A stretch of 64,000 nucleotides of DNA from Acidimicrobiaceae bacterium (GTDB lineage: Bacteria; Actinomycetota; Acidimicrobiia; Acidimicrobiales; Aldehydirespiratoraceae): positions 66,997 through 130,996 of the forward strand of contig JAPOUM010000026.1 in assembly GCA_026708645.1 (NCBI GenBank), read 5' to 3'. The position numbers were made by a program, and so were the translations under genes. Each line of letters begins with the position of its first letter. Within the stretch, counting starts at the first letter, position 1. Below, in pieces: positions 62,632-64,000 of this stretch. The notes under the pieces were generated by a model, which saw nothing but the letters and a program-made list of their open reading frames with translations, searched no databases and was not told the origin of the DNA.

Positions 62632-64000
62632 GGAGCTTGGCGACTTCCAGACGCCTCGGGAGCTTGCATTCGAGTGCGCTCAAGTTCTGGCAAAGATCCA
62701 GCGCGGCACTCGCCGGGTGCTGGAACCGACATGCGGTGAGGGGAGCTTCATGTTGGCCGCGGCATCGGTCTTCGGTCCCTCAATCGAAATGCTGGGCGTA
62801 GAGATACAACCCGCTCATGCCGCCGCGGCGCGTCGCCTGCTCAACTGCTCGGCTACCAGAGACGTTGACTGGCGAGTCGAGGAGGGCGATATGTTCCGAC
62901 ACGACTTGAGCACGCTCATGTGGGAGACTGAAGGACCACTGCTAGTCCTCGGAAATCCGCCATGGGTCACATTGTCTGATCTAGGTGCGATGGGCTCAAT
63001 CCATATCCCCGACCGCACGAATCTGCGTTCCGTGCGGGGGATCGATGCACTTACGGGTGAATCGAACTTTGATGTCGCCGAGTACATCTGGATGCGGCTA
63101 CTCACGGAACTGCGTCAGGAGGAGCCGACAGTCGCTCTCCTCTGCAAGACTTCTGTGGCTCGTCGGGTCCTTGCGTTGGCAGCTCATCTGAATTTGCATG
63201 TGGCTGATTCGTTCTTATGGCGAATCGACGCGAAGAAGGCGTTCGGCGTAGCAGTTGATGCTTGCTTTTTCGCTATTCAGCTAGATGGAGCTAGTCACAA
63301 CTATCGGTGCAGGGTTTTCGAGTCATTGGATGCAAGCTCTCCAGTGAGCACCATGGGTTTGGTCGATGGTGCGCTTGTTGCTGATGTGGATGCCCACTCG
63401 GCGTCTCGACATTACGACGGATCGTCGCCGGTTGAGTGGCGACAAGGCGTCAAACATGACTTGGCGTCTATCATGGAACTTCGCACCGACGATGGCGGTA
63501 AACTCCAAAACGCTCTCGGCGAGGTCGTAGAGATCGAAGACGACTGGGTATATCCACTCCTCAAAGGCTCTGATGTGAACGCAGGTCGAGCCCCGCAACG
63601 ATACGTGATCGTTACTCAGCGATCTCTGGCAGACGAAACTAGGAGTCTCCGACACTCAGCCCCCAAGCTTTGGAATTATCTGCAGATCCATGCGGAGCAG
63701 TTCGCTGCTCGCAAATCGTCGATCTATCGAAACCGAGCAGCCTTCTCAATGTTCGGAATCGGGCCTTACACATTCGCGTCATGGAAAGTAGTTGTCTCGG
63801 GCTTCCATAAAGCCCCTAGGTTCCGGTTGTTAGGTCTAAGTGAGAGCAAGCCTGTTCTACTAGACGACACATCGTACTTCTTGCCGTGCGAATCAGCGGC
63901 CGAGGCTGCCATCCTTCTGAGTGCGCTGAATAGTGGTGCCGCTACTCTCCTTCTCAGGTCTTTGCTGTTCGCTGACGCTAAGCGACCGGTGACGAAAAAG
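62573..64000 (+). CDS. Gamma-class amino (probably N6-adenine) DNA methyltransferase; 3' end runs off the right edge
   Basis: Own translation in frame 2 from ATG 62573, with no stop to the window end: MATQSRTQEWPKVCKTLSRKELGDFQTPRELAFECAQVL..RVLEPTCGEGSFMLAAA (motif I) ..PLLVLGNPPWVTLSDLG (motif IV, NPPW) ..ESNFDVAEYIWMRLL..ALLCKTSVARRVL, followed by a long target-recognition region. Not in the supplied ORF track. Confidence 0.8.
   Translation, partial: MATQSRTQEWPKVCKTLSRKELGDFQTPRELAFECAQVLAKIQRGTRRVLEPTCGEGSFMLAAASVFGPSIEMLGVEIQPAHAAAARRLLNCSATRDVDWRVEEGDMFRHDLSTLMWETEGPLLVLGNPPWVTLSDLGAMGSIHIPDRTNLRSVRGIDALTGESNFDVAEYIWMRLLTELRQEEPTVALLCKTSVARRVLALAAHLNLHVADSFLWRIDAKKAFGVAVDACFFAIQLDGASHNYRCRVFESLDASSPVSTMGLVDGALVADVDAHSASRHYDGSSPVEWRQGVKHDLASIMELRTDDGGKLQNALGEVVEIEDDWVYPLLKGSDVNAGRAPQRYVIVTQRSLADETRSLRHSAPKLWNYLQIHAEQFAARKSSIYRNRAAFSMFGIGPYTFASWKVVVSGFHKAPRFRLLGLSESKPVLLDDTSYFLPCESAAEAAILLSALNSGAATLLLRSLLFADAKRPVTKK

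Noticed and set aside
56975-64000. Prophage or integrative element interpretation of the island
   Set aside because: No integrase, excisionase, transposase, phage structural genes or flanking tRNA/att duplication is visible within the window. This cannot be excluded, because the right border is not in view.

Overview
High-G+C chromosomal segment, most likely Actinomycetota. This placement is an inference from the mycothiol ligase mshC, a type II glutamine synthetase, an acyl-CoA carboxylase epsilon subunit, REP13E12-like DUF222-HNH genes and leaderless-looking promoters. About two thirds of the window is ordinary housekeeping: mshC-cysS, prfC, xseAB, pncB/pncA, SRP RNA-dnaX-recR, pccB-accE, nadE, glnII, a sigma factor, znuAB-zur and three tRNAs.

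Four regions are not ordinary:
1. The left edge carries a DarT (DUF4433) toxin gene. It is absent from the ORF track because it runs off the window.
2. Positions 37.4-53.9 kb hold two diverged DUF222-HNH genes in inverted, outward-facing orientation. They share a conserved promoter and palindrome and bracket 11.4 kb. That segment mixes core genes with decayed defence genes (a 5'-truncated DUF1524-AlbA_2 gene and a dcm remnant) and a VapBC pair. On the left it is flanked by a 152-bp tandem array and an A+T-rich patch.
3. Several intergenic tandem arrays appear to be seeded from gene 3' ends.
4. From about 56.97 kb to the right edge there is a visibly lower-G+C island.

The island holds a tightly coupled five-gene operon: a MazF-like small protein, sigma-70 region-2-like and region-4-like ORFs separated only by an in-frame TGA, an unknown 308-aa protein, and an ABC-type/DUF3696 ATPase. 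It is followed by vsr, a frameshifted PD-(D/E)XK restriction endonuclease, and an NPPW amino-methyltransferase that runs off the right edge and is also missing from the ORF track. The five-gene operon is my best candidate for an undescribed defence system.

No integrase, transposase or CRISPR array was recognised. All calls come from reading translations and motifs by eye; no database search was run.
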